Shown here in pieces: positions 28,410-42,500 of a stretch of 64,000 nucleotides of DNA (position 1 is its first letter; the number at the start of each line of letters is the position of its first letter). The stretch is from Cycas panzhihuaensis (taxonomy: Eukaryota > Plantae > Cycadophyta), in assembly GCA_023213395.1 (NCBI GenBank), contig CM041465.1, forward strand, positions 124,875,741 through 124,939,740, read 5' to 3'. Position numbers and translations under genes: made by a program. The notes beneath the pieces are model-generated. The model was not told the DNA's origin, made no database searches, and saw only the letters and a list, made by a program, of their open reading frames with translations.

Positions 28410-31400
28410 TCCTTATTCTTTCATAGGTTTTAAGGAACCTTGAGTATTTAGCTATGGGTCAATCATGATGTTCTTTGAGTACTATCTCCTTAAACTATGA
28501 TTTTTGAGGCAAATAGATCCTATTTTTATAAAGAGAGGTACTTCCCTGTTTTGTCCAAGAAGTCTCTTCTAGTTCTTCGAGACTTGTATCTATGATGGCT
28601 TTTACCTCTTTATCTTATAAGTATTCTTAGTATAATTCCTCAAGCCATATAAGCATGATTGTTTTGATTATAAAGTATTTAAGATATTCAAATTTCCTTA
28701 ATAATGTGTCTATGATAATGTTCTCTTTTGCTTTATTATATAAGATTTCAAAGTAATAGTCTTGGATCTTATTAACTTAGTTCTATTACTCCTAAGATAA
28801 GTTTTGTTGTATCAAGAAGTAATTTAGGCTATGGTTATTTATCCTAATAATAAATTTTATTCCTAATGATTATTACGTTTATTTTGCTAAGGCATGTAGA
28901 ATGGCTAACATCTCCTTATCATATGTGCTCTTGGCTCTTTCCTATAGATTTAGTCTCTAACTCTCATATGTAATAGGGTGGCCATTTTGTAGTAGAGTTG
29001 TGCCTACTCTTATGCCTGATACATCACATTCCACTATAAATGGTTAGGGGAAATTAGGCATGGCCAAGATCAGTGCAATGGTAATGACCTCTTTTAATTT
29101 CTCAAAACTTGAATTAAATCCCAGTTAAAGTTATCATTCTTAGTAAGGTCAATAAGGGGCCTAACTATATCAGTATATCCTTTAATAAACTCTTGGTAGG
29201 ATCCTATGATTCCTAGAAATTCCCTAAGTTTTGACACATTTTTTAGTATAGGCCAAATGCATGTATTTTTATAAGATCAATTTTAATTCCATTTTATGAA
29301 TTGATATATTCAAGACATTTAAGGGTCCTCTTTCCAAAATAGCACTTTGATCTCTTTATGAAAAATTGATTGTCTTGAAGGACCTAAAATATTTATTAGA
29401 AGTGTCCCAAATGTTCCTTCCAAGTCTTGCTATAGACAAGAATATCATCAAATAAGACCACAAAAAACCTTCTTAAAAAAGGTGTAAATACATAATTCAT
29501 ATTTTCTTGGAATGTTTCTAGGGCATTAGTTAGCCCAAATGGCATCACCTTAAACTCATACAACCCTTGGTATATTTGAAAAGTTATTTTCTTTATGTCC
29601 TAAGATCATATTGATATTTTATAGTATCCAAAATGTAAATCAATTTTGGAAAAATATCTAGCTCCATGCAACTCATCTGTAATATCATTCATACATAGAA
29701 TGGGGTATTTATTCTTTAGTATTATCTTATTTACGACTTTATAATTAATGCATATTTAGAAAGACTTATCCTTTTTCTTACTTAAGATAACAAGTGTTGG
29801 GTAAGGGCTCTTACTTGGTAATATGGCACCAAAATCTAATAAATCTTACATGAGTCTCTCTATTTTTATCTTTTACTAATACTTGTAGTGATATATATGA
29901 ACAATAATAGGTCCCCTCCCTAGTTCCAACTCAATGATATGCTCCATGTTTTAGCTTAGTGGTGGAGTCCTTAGTAGCTCTTAGAAGACATCTTGATAGT
30001 GACCTATGAGTTTATTTAATTCCTTCTCTTACTCTAGTGATAGTTTGCTCTTAGGGGTCTATACTTGCATGGAGTATAGCACTATAATAAACCTATCATA
30101 CCCTTTACGAAGTATTTTCCCCAATCTTTCTACAAATATTACTTTTAATTTTAGAGTATTAATACCATTTAATTGGTATTTCTTCCCCTCCTAATTAAAC
30201 CTAATAAAGTTTTTATTATGGTTTAAGGCATAAGTCACATCCTCAACCATTCAACTCCTAAGACTATATTAAAACCTTTGATGTTAGAGGTATAATAATA
30301 TGCAAAAAATTCATAATTTTCTATATGTAGTCATTGATGTTTAAGATCACCCTAGTATGTTAACACATAGTTTCCTATAAGTGACATTTTGAACTATTTT
30401 TTCTCTACACATAGCCCTAATCTTATGGTCTTTTATATATTAATAAAATTATAGGTGTTTCCTGGATTGATATAGATGGTTACCTTCTTCTTTCTAAGGT
30501 TTCTAAAAAGTTTGATGGTACTAGGTGGTGTTATGCCCAACATGATTGATAAGGAGACTATAAATTAGCCATCATCTAACTCCTCTAGTTAGTTATTTCT
30601 TTCTTCGCTTGATCTCTTTTATTCCTTCTTCTTGTTCTATTTCTTCATCTTCAATATCCACTTCAGTGCTATATAGGTTCTTATCAGCACATTTATGTCC
30701 CCTAACCTAGGGTTTTTCACAATAATGACGTATACCAAGTGTTTTTTCCTTATCTCTTTTAATCTGTTTAGCCTTTTGTGTTACTCTCATTAGCTCATAT
30801 GTATTAGAGCTACTATTCTAACATTTCTAGAATCTTTTGCTACTTGGTCCTACTAATTTACGTATCAGTTAAGGGTATGCTATTTGGAATCCCCTCTAAA
30901 TATTTTATAGACAAGATTTAGTTTATCTTGTCATTCTAATAACTAAGCTCAAGGTGCCTTAGGTGAAATGACGAATGTCCTCATGAATCTTAAGTCATAG
31001 ATTACGAATATAACATGGGAGTGCTTTCTTAGAAGTAATTTTAGCCTTTAAGTGGAGTTTTCCAAACTCATATATATACTATTTATCAAATCATCCATTT
31101 TAAGAGTAATGTGCTAATTATATAAGATAAGGATTACTCTAATTATCTTTTGTTTGTTCTTTAAAGGCTTCTTTAAAATATTTGAAATTATGGGTTTTTC
31201 TTCCATAGGCCCTTTAAGGTGGTTTATAGCAAAATTGATTTGATCTTTCATATCATTTATACATAGTGCACTGATGGCATTTTCTATTTTTACTAGCCAT
31301 TCACCTACTTCAATTATATTTTCTTATAAATAAGTTAGTATATGAAGATTATAACAAAAATTTAATTGTTGAAAGTTATCATTTCTTCTATAAACCTTTT

Positions 31401-31600
31401 GATCATTATAACGTCTTTTAGTATCTTTTTTATCCTCTTCATTTTTACTACTAGTATTGGGGTCCCCTAGATCACCATCCCTTTTGAGCCCATTGAAAGT
31501 TGTCCTTATTTCTATCAACTTAGTCAATCTAGTTATGTTAATGTTAAATTTTTATTCAGCATGGTCCACTTTTTAATGTATTATTTCCATGTTCCTCTAG
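28410..31600 (-). pseudogene. gag-pol: B gag-PR-RT-RH and integrase N-terminus remnant
   Basis: Motifs include a PR-like IYINPGNTYNFI, IKNKYPI, YEFKVMPFGLTNA, VLFDDILVYSKTWKEHL, FIVECDVSGIRVG and STYDKEMLAILHA. Confidence 0.9.
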
Positions 31601-33949
31601 GTTTCCACCTTAAGGTATCAAAATTCTAAGTCCATTCTTTTTAAATATTTAACTATCTCAAGCTTATGGTATCTTGAAGGAAGCTCCATAGTTCTTCTAT
31701 TACTTCTATAATTTCCACCTTACGTATGAATTTTCTAATATCTTAGAATATGGAATCTTAAATTGGAATTCCAATGCTTTAAATAAAATTAAAATTTAAT
31801 CCTTGTAGTGGAAGTTATGGCCCTTTTAAATTGGGTTATGATTATGCTTTAAAGGACTACAATAACACCTCTTATAAAAATATAGATAACTTTTTACTCT
31901 GATAACCATTAGATTTAAAACCACTTGTAATGGAAACTAGATGTCAAGACAAATAGATTCAAAAAATAATTTGATGTTAATTAAACACTTGTAGCCAAAT
32001 TTATAGTCATTATAAGTTATAGTAACAAATTTTAGGCCCTAGAGACAGTGATGGATAATAGGATGAAACTAAATTCCCTATGATTTTTATAATTTTACTT
32101 CAAAAATTATAGTATAACCACTTAAAATTTATAAAACAAGACTGGACAACTCAAATTCATGATTATTTTTCTAAAATTATTTTGTTTATACTTCCAAAAA
32201 TGTAACTTCTTGATACACCACAAACAAGTCTTTGATGCCACTTGAAGTGATCCTAAATTGAATCTATTTCCACAAGGATAAAAAAAAACTGAAATAAAAA
32301 TTAAAAAGAAGCTCTGAAGAGCTAAATGGTCTAAAGACCCCAAATAAATTAACTCATAAAAGATGATTTATAAATGAACACTAGTTCTCTATTTATAGGT
32401 ATCATATTTAATCATCCATAAATAAACTTGCTTCATAATAATAAAATTGATTTCCAATAAGATACTTATACCTTAATAATATCTTAGATGGATTTCTAAT
32501 AAATAATTTTATTAATTCTTATAACTATGTTAGGTCACAACAAAAGACATGACTACACCTAGTAAATTAATAAGAACATAAAGGAGAATAAAATAGCTAA
32601 CAAAAAGAAGCAATTTGATATGAAGAAAAAATATGGAGTGTTCAAAATAAATTGCTTTAGAAGTTAAAATTTTGAAAGAACAAATTGAAAATACAATTAA
32701 ATCAAGAGCTATGAGGAAGTGTGAATCTAAATGTTATTAAAATTTATGAACAACGTATATAGAAGCTTTAATATAATGTTAAAATTCTTGATTAAGTTAT
32801 TATATCATGTTAACATTTTAATAATAAATTATATAATGAAGTAGATAAATAAATATAATAACATGATTAATCAATGTGTAATAAATATAATAAAGAAATA
32901 AGAATAAGGGAAAAGGGTCAATCACACAATCATCATATGTTAAACCATGTTTATCATAAAAAATTATGAATGGAAAAAACATCTCTAAATATATATGAGA
33001 TCTCACATTAATGAAAGATAATCAATAATCCTCATGATGAGTCATCTAGCCTCACAAGGAGGAGTAGGAAATCTAATTTAACTTATAATATATATTAGTC
33101 TTATATAGTTGTCTTATCTCATCATCATCTAATAATATTTTACTACTACATCAACCAATAAAATCATGTGTGAAAACCTTTCATATTGATAAATCATGAC
33201 TTGTCAACTAATTAAATATTATATCAACTTTTATGAAATGCAATATTCTAATAAATACAACTATACATAAAGGAAAGAGGTATAATTATTGAAGTTTGAA
33301 ATACATTACTTAATAATATAGAAATGAAATACCATTTTAATACAAAAGAAATAGAAATCAACTAATAAAGCAAGTTTGAGATTAGTAGTATGACATTGAA
33401 ATTCTTGAGAAGTTAATGAAAAGAAATAAAAATTATAAGAGTTTTATTAGATAGTAACTTTAGCTCCTAAAAATAATAAGATTAGTCAACTAAATCATTA
33501 GTTAAAGGTAATTGTAAAGATAGATTGTATACCTCAAAGGTATGGACCAAAACACCAATATATAGCTAAAGTAGAGAATAAAGTCAATAAGACCTTAGGC
33601 AATATCAACACTTAAAAAATCATGGCAAAAGTTATTCAAACTATGGACCTTTATCCATCTAAATACATAAAGGTAAGAAGAGGGACAAGAAGACATATTT
33701 TCTTGAGGAACAAAGTCACACACCTTAGAACAGTAAAGAAAATATTTCGTTTTAGAGTTTTCTAAATTTGTATATATTCTTATATTTTGTAAATAGGAAA
33801 GACATCAAGAATATACAAATGGCCTACCCACAATTTATAAAAATAAATTGGCCATAGTGACAACAATACATATATCTGCATGACATAAAGCTTAGTGGAA
33901 AAAGTAAAACTTGAAAGTTTTGTACATTATATATGAAAATAATGATAAT

Positions 33950-36002
33950 ATCAATAATACACATTTAGATATAAAGCATAAGGGGATTACAAAGCTCATT
34001 GATTGTTAGCATAAATGAAAAATAAAAACTATACTATAGTAACAAGGATGGACCAACCTAAGCAAATCTTGACTTGCCCTTAGTTCCATCCATGATGGAA
34101 TCAAAAATCAAAACCCTCTCACCAATATGGAAAACATGTGATTGAAATGATTGTAAAAAGCTTTAACTCACTTATGTTTTAGTTCAAGATTATGACAAGT
34201 CAATAAATGTTGATTATGAAGTTATCCTAAATTAAAAAGGCACCATTCTAACATCTAAGAATCTAGTAAACTAATTCACAAAGTAATTCATAGGGATGGA
34301 ATCTCAATCTCAGTAAAAAATATAACTTCCATTCCATATACAAGATGAAATGGTAAATATCTAGTTATTATTTTCATCATGGTCTTGTAAGCCCATAACG
34401 CAATATAAATTTCTAAACATCAATCTCTCCTATATATATTTGTAGTTTAATGTAAGATTCAAACAAGAATCCTATTAAATGCCTTAGTTTGGCAATTAGA
34501 ATTTGAGAAATATAGAGATAATTTAGGATGCTCAATGCCAAGTTTTTAACATAATTCTTGAATCACTCTATTAACAAACTAAATATCATGATAAAAAATG
34601 AATGTATTTAGTATTTTGAATCAATACATGATTGGCTATAGAGGAATAAAATGGTTATATATTTATTTACTTTATCCATAGGCATAACTTTAGCCCATTT
34701 AATAAACTAATTTGTAGTGCCTATGATTTGGTTTGTAGATAATAAATAGTTAGAACATTATCAAACAAACTTATGTGCATCAAAAAATAGAGTTATCCAA
34801 TAATAACTAGTTTACATTATCTTCTTAGCAGTCAAATGACCTAAAGAATGGGCACCATAAATGTCAAAATGGTAATCTACTAAGATTCACTTAAATTTAG
34901 TTTCTAAAACACATCTAAATAGAATTGTATATTGTGTATAATAATTCATCACAAAGTATAATGTAATGAGAAGCAAGTTGTCAAATGTGATGATTTTCCT
35001 CCTTAGATAACCCAAGTTTATAAGATTGTTTCTAGAAGTAGGTAATGATATCACCATACCATGTAGAGTTAGTGTTAAAAGAAGGATGCATTTATCAAGA
35101 AAGGAATTATTATAGGTTTAAACAACCTCTTTCTTAGGAATTTTCATATCAATAATGTGCTCTACAATAGCCATCCTGTTTTTTACATTAGTGAGGTAGA
35201 TTTTGCAAGTAAACTCTTGGAGGAGTATAACCCATTTATCAACCATACCACACAAATTTATTTATATGAAAAAATTCTTCAAATTTTTAAACTTACCATC
35301 ACTTGGGTATGAGAAAATAGTAAGTAGTGTCAAAGATATTTTATAGCATAAACAATTACAAGATACTACCATTCAATTTTTACATAACTTAATTCAAGAT
35401 CAGAGAGAATTTTACTAATGTAATATATCACACTTTTTTTTTTTTTATTCATCAATGCAACTAACACAAAAACAAAGAAGGAAGTGGTATAACAAATGAA
35501 GCCCTTTTAAAAATTTAGGGGTGCAATAAAAGTCACTCACAATAATGCCTTCTTAAATAACTCAAATGCCTCATAACAAAGTAAATGCTAAATTGATAAA
35601 ACATTTATTTTCACATAAACATTTAAGAGTAACACCTTTGAAGCACCATTTACATAAACCTTTGTAAATAATTATTTTTTTCCAGAAAATATTTTATTTA
35701 GGTTATTGTGATCTTTAAAATGAATTTTATTTTTTCAATATTAATGTTAATGCCCAAATCACTAATAATGAATCCTAGTAATTTTTTAGTCATAACAACA
35801 AAATTACATTTACTCAAATTAAGCTAAATCGAATATTTCACATATCTTTTAAATATTAACCTAAGATATCTAATGTGATCCATATATTTCAAAGAATGGA
35901 CATTCAAATTATCTAAATATATGTGAACTAAATTTGAGAAATCATATCATAGAAAGTAATCATCATTGGTTGATGATATGTGGTGCTAACATTATGAGTT
36001 TA
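33950..36002 (-). pseudogene. pol: E RT C-terminal half, RNase H and integrase remnant
   Basis: Motifs include IYLDNL (YxDD site), LNLSKCNF...KLLGFIIS, VIYYISK, KWVILLQEF, FIKWAKVMP and ALWAYKT. Confidence 0.8.
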
Positions 36003-37809
36003 AATGATGTTGGAATATCAAATTATTAGTAATGTACATTATAGGTCATATATGATTGGTCAACATAAAGGCAAGATATGATTAGTTAATACAAAAGCCA
36101 AATGTGATTGGTTGTAAGTGAGGCACATATGATAACAATATGACTATAAGTATACCTACATGGTGAGATGTATATATGTATGAGATTTTGAGATTAGATT
36201 TGAGATATAATTATAATTTTGATATGTTGAGCTCCATTATAGTGTTAATATTATTTTGTTGATCCTAGTTATGTTATCTTGTGTGTAATTTAAATTTCTA
36301 ATATGGTATCAAAGCTTATGGTGAAGAAGAGAAGTTGAACATGAGAACTTGATGAAGATGAGAAGTTAAAACAAGGTGTTGTAATGAAATTTTGCTGAAT
36401 TGAAGATTGTCAGATATTGTTGTTACATCAAGTCTATTTCATAAGTTATAAAACTATCACTTTTTATCAATATTATACTTATTGATTATCTATTACTACT
36501 TTAAACATATTATTGAAGGGTCCATAGCCTGTTTAAAAGAAAAAATCTATCAAAGAATATATTTTATGACTAAATCCTAATTTTGTTTGTAAAAGTGGTA
36601 AATTTATTCAAGTTTATTTAAATTTGTTCTATGTATATATCCAAAATGAATGCAAAGATCATTTTAGTTATTCAAGCCTATTTCAGTTGGTTTAGCATTA
36701 TTCTTGATTCGTTCATCAATTTTATTCCAAAAATTTCCTACCTCTATTGAGCTATTGTTATATTCCATAACCTTATATGTATGGTTATCTTGATTAAGTA
36801 CATGAATTGCATAAGCCTTGGGTGTCTTCATGCATCTATTTTTTGATCAATTTGTTAGCTGCAACCCTAAAAATTATTAAGCTCATCATTAAGAGAGTTG
36901 ATATCTACGAAACCATCAAAGAGTTCTTTAACTAAATTGGACTATCTAATGACCCTATGTTGGATTTGTACCAAATCACCAGTAGCATGCTCATTACATA
37001 TTCTAAGAACATGAGAATTATCTTGTAGATTATTTGGCTCATTACAACATTCTAATAAAACTTATGTAAAGATCATCATCTGAAGAAGTAGAGTCCTACT
37101 CTAAAGCAACAACAAAGGGTCCTAATCGAATATCTTATTCATTGTCAATATTATATACCCTTTAACCCCATCTTTATTCCAAGCCACTCAGTGTAAGGAC
37201 TGCCTAGTGAAGGTCCAAAAATAAAGGTTCTAAAAGGGTGTTTTTCCCAATCTTGATGAAGTTCAGTGTTTAATAATTAGAGGTATTTCTATAAAACTGA
37301 TACAAATTTAAAGATAAAATAAAAAATAATAGACCCAATTAAGCATCCTACTAGGCCAAGTGGCCAATTTAGAGGTGTAGAGAATCCAATATATAAAAGT
37401 GCATATGTCACAGTAACAACATCATTGTCCTCATCCGTATATGTTATAATGAGCTATAGATTAAACTCATTGTGCCTTTAAAAATAAACTTGGGATACTT
37501 AGGACTGCAATTAGAAACAAGGATCATCTATTTAAAGTCATCGCCTTGAGTTTAAATAGAGAACAAGCTACCAAAAAAATGGCAAAATAAGTTGCATCTT
37601 CCTTAGAAGAATTTAAAGGAACCCTTTGATCTTTAATAGTATTTAACAATTTTTTTTGGATTTGGATCTCTTTGATGAATTTGGATAAAAATCAAACCTT
37701 AAACTATCATGTGTACCATCTTCAAATGACAAACAATGCTTGTGGAAGGAAGTGATGGTAGATTTGGTTGATTTTATTAGTAAAATAAATTCTTCATTCC
37801 TTATTTGTT

Positions 37810-39000
37810 CTTAACTTAGGGGGACAAATTATTATTGTTGGTAAAAAAGAATAAAATCTAAATTAGAAGAAAGAGGTTTATGGAAAATTCCCAATAAAGG
37901 ATATATCTCACCACCAGTTGTTGAATTAAGAGTTGGTAGTAGCAAGAGATATGAAGGCTATATTCAAATAGCAAGAGATATGAAGGCTATATTTAAATAG
38001 TAAGAGATATGAAGGCTATATTCAAAAACAAAAGGATATAATAGCACTCAATTATATCATTTTGTATTTAGAAAAGGACATAATGTTTTAGGTATAACAA
38101 TGCACTACATCAAAGGAATTATTAGATAAGTTGAAAGAGTTTTACTACAAACCACCAGAAAAGGAAGAAGTCTAAGAAGAAGAAGTAAGCCAAACACTTG
38201 AAGAAAAAGTTGTTGAATAGAAAATTGTTGAAGTTATTGAACAGAAAAATATTAAATTTGTTAAAAAAGAATCAGTTGTTGAAAATGAACCTATTATTGA
38301 ATTTGCAGAAGTTGAAAATAAACTAGTTATTGAATCTAAATTTGTAGAATCCACTGCTAAATCTATTATTGATAAGAATGTTGAGATTATTGTGTTTGAG
38401 AATGATGAAAATGAATTTGTCACCACATTTGAGAATGATGAAGATGAATCTATCATTGTCATTCAAGAAGCCATTAATAAAGAAGTTTTTATAAATTAAT
38501 CAAGTGGTGTTTCTAATTTACAAGTTGAATAAGACATAAAGATTGAAATTAAGTTGAGTCCAAACTAGGAAATAAAGAAGAAGAAAATTAAGATGAAGAA
38601 AGAGAAGTTAAATAGAAATTGAAATAGATGTTCTTGAAGCAAAAACAAAAGTTGAAGTAAACATTCCTAAAATATCTTACTTAATAAAGACACTTGAAGA
38701 ACTACAACAAACAGATTACTTAATTCCACCTACAGAGATCCAGTATATTAACCCAAAATTTAAACTTGATTTTGAAAATTCTTTACAACTAATTATGACA
38801 CTAGTATCTTCAAATATATTGAGGTATATTGATATTAACAAGAATCACTACATTAGAAAGCATCATCATTATGGTCAAGAATAACAAAGGCAAGTAGAAG
38901 AATAATAAAGTTAAGTTCAAGATCCAGATCTAGACAAAGATAAATTACCAATACTACATATCATCTTCAGGAAGTTTTCAAGAATCAAACATTGAAAATT
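37810..39000 (+). pseudogene. gag: D gag N-terminus with a long Glu/Lys-rich tail
   Basis: Reads GTNYYCW*KRIKSKLEERGLWK...CTTSKELLDKLKEFY, then acidic low-complexity sequence. Confidence 0.75.
37940..38026 (+). repeat. 3 x 29-bp tandem repeat
   Basis: The unit TAGCAAGAGATATGAAGGCTATATTCAAA starts at 37940, 37969 and 37998. Confidence 0.95.
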
Positions 39001-39366
39001 CAAATATATATTAATGTATCAAAATGTACATTAAGAGGGAGTGTTGGAATATCAAATTATTGGTGATGCGCATTCAATGCAATTGGTTAAGTTATAAGTC
39101 ATGTATAATTGGTCAACGTAAAGACCAAATATGATTGTTCAATATAAAGGCTAAATTTGATTGGTTATAAGTAAGACACATATGTCCACAGCATGATTAT
39201 AAGGATATCTACATAGTGAGATCTATATATGTGTGAGATTTTGAGATTAGATTTGAGATATGATTATGATTTTGATATGTTGAACTCCATTATGTTGTTA
39301 CTCTGATATTATTCTATTGATCCTGGTTATGCTATCTTGTGTGTGATTTATATTTCTAACAAATGA

Positions 39367-42300
39367 CATGACCCATTAACCATAAACAACCCTAAGGGAT
39401 ATGGAAGATATTTTGATTTAGCCTTTCTTAGTTAAAAGAAATTAATTATAGCTAGAGAAATCACTCATTAAATACACAACCTCAAAACTAACAATAGAAT
39501 CTTATATTCATAAATGGTAATAAAAAGTTATTTTTTAGGTAAACTTGATTTAATTACTAAAAGTTGATATAAAAATGAATAGTCCCATCCCTTTTCATGA
39601 CATGAATGGTACTTGATACCAATTCTAAATAATCAATAGGTAAACAAATTTAATCATCAATAGTTCCTAAGTTTCATTTTTAATCAACTTAAGGAGTTGG
39701 TATTTAATAGGTCTTTACTTTTTCCTAATAGGCATGTCATTAAGATGAGTAACAATATTATGGATAATAATGTTGGGAACCACCCCAAGCATATCATTAT
39801 ATAACCATGTGAATACCTCATATAATTACATAAATAAATCAATATAATTTTATTATTTACTTTACAAACATTCAACTCCTAATTTGATAATCCAAGGGGT
39901 GGATGTTATTGAAATATCAACATCAATGGTTTCCCCAACAAGAATCAATTTTCCTTCTTTGAAAGGTTCAATAGTAAGTAGTAAAATATTATTTAATCTA
40001 TAGAATTTAGATGTTAGAATAGTAGATGAAGCTTACAAGATGTTTTTCGTATCAAAAGTATTAAATTCCTCATCAAAATTGAGGAAGTTAAGTGCATCAA
40101 GCATGAGATGAAACAAATGGCCATGCTTGTGATGGTAATCATGTAAGGGGGATTCATTACTGTATAAGAATTCCAAAATGGCCTTATCATCTTGGAATAT
40201 ATTTAAGGAATAAATTGAATTAATTTCAATCATAAACACGCTATGTTTAATAGATGAAGGTGATTCAATTCCTTTAGGAGGAATAAGGTCAAAGATACCA
40301 AGTCCTATATCTTTCATACGTTGTTCATGTTCAACATCAAGAAATGGGATGATTTGGATGTTTGGGGCTTCAAGAATAATTTATGAATGAAACTTTGACA
40401 ACTTGATGACCTTAATATGGTCACCATCTAGAAATTGATCTCACTTAGAAACAAAGATGGAATGGTTGATATGGCTCAAATCCCATTCTTGACCTAGAAG
40501 GATGCTGTAATCTAGCGATAAGTCAACAATATCTATGTTAATTTATATGGTGTTTATTTTGAAAGAAACAAATTATAAGTTCTACCTATAAATGGATGTT
40601 TAGCTGCACCAAACACTTTAATCAACATGGAACTCTTATCTAACTTGTTAACTTGGAGTACTGACATAAGTGAGGTAGGTATCACATTTATGAAAGATCT
40701 ATCATTAATGATTACTTAATGAACATGGTTTCATTAATTATTTTCTAAATAATTGATGGTCCAAAATCAAGTAACATTGTAATATTGGAAGGATGTGAGG
40801 AAAAATCAAAAGATATAGCCCAAGAATAAGATTAAAATGATTTAGTTCCTAATGATAAGAGATAATTACATCTCTTCAATGGATAATGCCTTAGGGCATT
40901 ATAAAGTAATATTCTCAATAAGATGCTCTTCAAATCATTAACTAGAGAATATAAGGATAGTGCTTATATGTAATGGTGAGAGTAAGAGATTCAAGAATCT
41001 TTACTATATAAGGATTAGAGGATATAACGTGGGGATTAAATCCTCTTGATTCATCCTTAAGATCATGTTTTAATTTTGCATCTTACACATGGGTTTGAAT
41101 TGCAAAAACATTTGAGGAAGAAACTTAATTATATTCCATTAAATGGATTTGTGGCATATCATTTTTGCCTATAACTTTATTAAATTCACTAAGTTCAAAA
41201 ATGTGAATACCTAGTGAAGGTTGTGGCATGAACGGTGTAGAAGGTTGTGGAGTAATATGAGTTGGAATGAATAATAATACATATGCATTTAAAGCAAGCA
41301 TAGAAATTTGTGATCTAATCACCTATAAGGGATTATTAGAAGGAGCATGAAACATTTGTAAAATGTTTAATTATTTTTATAAGCTTTGTACCAAATCCAT
41401 GAGTTGGGTTTCAAGATTAGAATGTTCCAAACATATCATATGGATAGGCTAGTCATCGTTATCTGGCAAAGGTTTTCTATACATTCCCAACTCCTACTTA
41501 GGATTGATAGCTTGATTATAAGAAGATGGATTAAGATATGGATAGCTTTAATTTGTATGGTTATTTACAACTGGATAATGAGAACACCAAAGTCACTCAC
41601 AACAAAAAATTGCTTTATGGTTATTTTCCCTACACCTATTGTAATGCAATGATGAGTTTTCATATTTTTGTTGTCTATTTTGAGGTATGGCAAATGGATC
41701 ATTTGTTTCTCACTAGTTAAAGTGAGGGGGAGGGTTTTGCTACCCCCTCTTTTGGTTTGAATGGTTTCTAAGAGGCAAGAAACATAAAACATCTTGAACA
41801 ATGGTGTTTTAAGGTTCATTTTTTGTAACTAGATCTTGTACAAGCTAAGTTAATTATGTAATAAATGTGGAAAGTTCTAGAAGAAAGGATGGCATTATAG
41901 AGAAATTAATTTGAATAGCTTATTGAGCAAGCTAATAAGGTAATAGAAGGGGCAAACTGCCTTTAGCAATACCATCTCCATATAGATCATGAGGTTAAAC
42001 TATTTAAATAGGGATGGCATCTACAACAAATATAAGACATGACTAAATTAGAGCATGTTCATATTGATGGGCTAGTTATTCTACTTCAATATACATTTTA
42101 GGATTTTAGTGTAAAAATTCAAAATGAATGGCATTGATAAGATTGTTTATATACACTTGTTTAAGGGTGATATTTATAAAGGAAATTGTGCAATGACTCA
42201 CTAATTCATTAAAATTTTTAATATGCTAGCTTACAATCTAGCAAGGAGTCTACTTATAAGTAAATAGTATATGAAGTCCATCATCCTTGACTTTTGGAGG

Positions 42301-42500
42301 GGCAAAATTGCTAAGAAATTTTTTTAACAAATTCTTGATGTTTTAGATTAAATTAGTGGTAAGTTTTAAACACCAATATATATTGGAATCACCCTAAATT
42401 ATATGGGAGAAAAGGCATATCCACATTGTATCATAATAAACTTAAGTGATGTTAAGGAACATATCTACATATTTCTTAGGATCCTCATCAAGTTTTCCAT
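39367..42500 (-). pseudogene. gag-pol: E gag, protease and RT N-terminal half remnant
   Basis: Motifs include VIINDRSFINVI, LDYSILLGQEW, EVFTWLYNDMLG, LKNNFLLPF and FSSYN. ORF 40033-40317 (IFQDDKAILEFL...YHHK) is homologous to T1 ORF 4537-4977 (YFKNDEALLEHL...GHHK). Confidence 0.8.

Larger units (their letters stand above)
21371..32542 (-). mobile_element. Degenerate Ty3/Gypsy chromovirus (element B), interrupted by Copia C
   Basis: Homologous LTR starts at 32542 and 21985, PPT at ~21986-22000 and an iMet-like PBS at 31896-31908. Gag, PR, RT (VLFDDIL), RH, INT and chromodomain lie on the minus strand. The left boundary is uncertain. Confidence 0.85.
36008..39361 (+). mobile_element. Non-autonomous gag-only Copia-type LTR element (D; TR-GAG-like), TSD AATGA
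   Basis: LTRs at 36008-36303 and 39042-39361, PBS TGGTATCAAAGC, PPT TAAGAGGGAG and a perfect TSD. The internal region has a Copia gag N-terminus but no PR/INT/RT/RH motifs. Confidence 0.92.

Noticed and set aside
32732-33267. Possible solo LTR
   Set aside because: LTR-like in composition, but no 5-bp TSD or partner copy was found.
33800-36000. LINE ORF2 fragment
   Set aside because: Full translation fits Tat-like RT-RH-INT continuous with 39367 onward.
37940-38026. CRISPR-like repeats
   Set aside because: The units are contiguous with no spacers, and the context is a eukaryotic retroelement.
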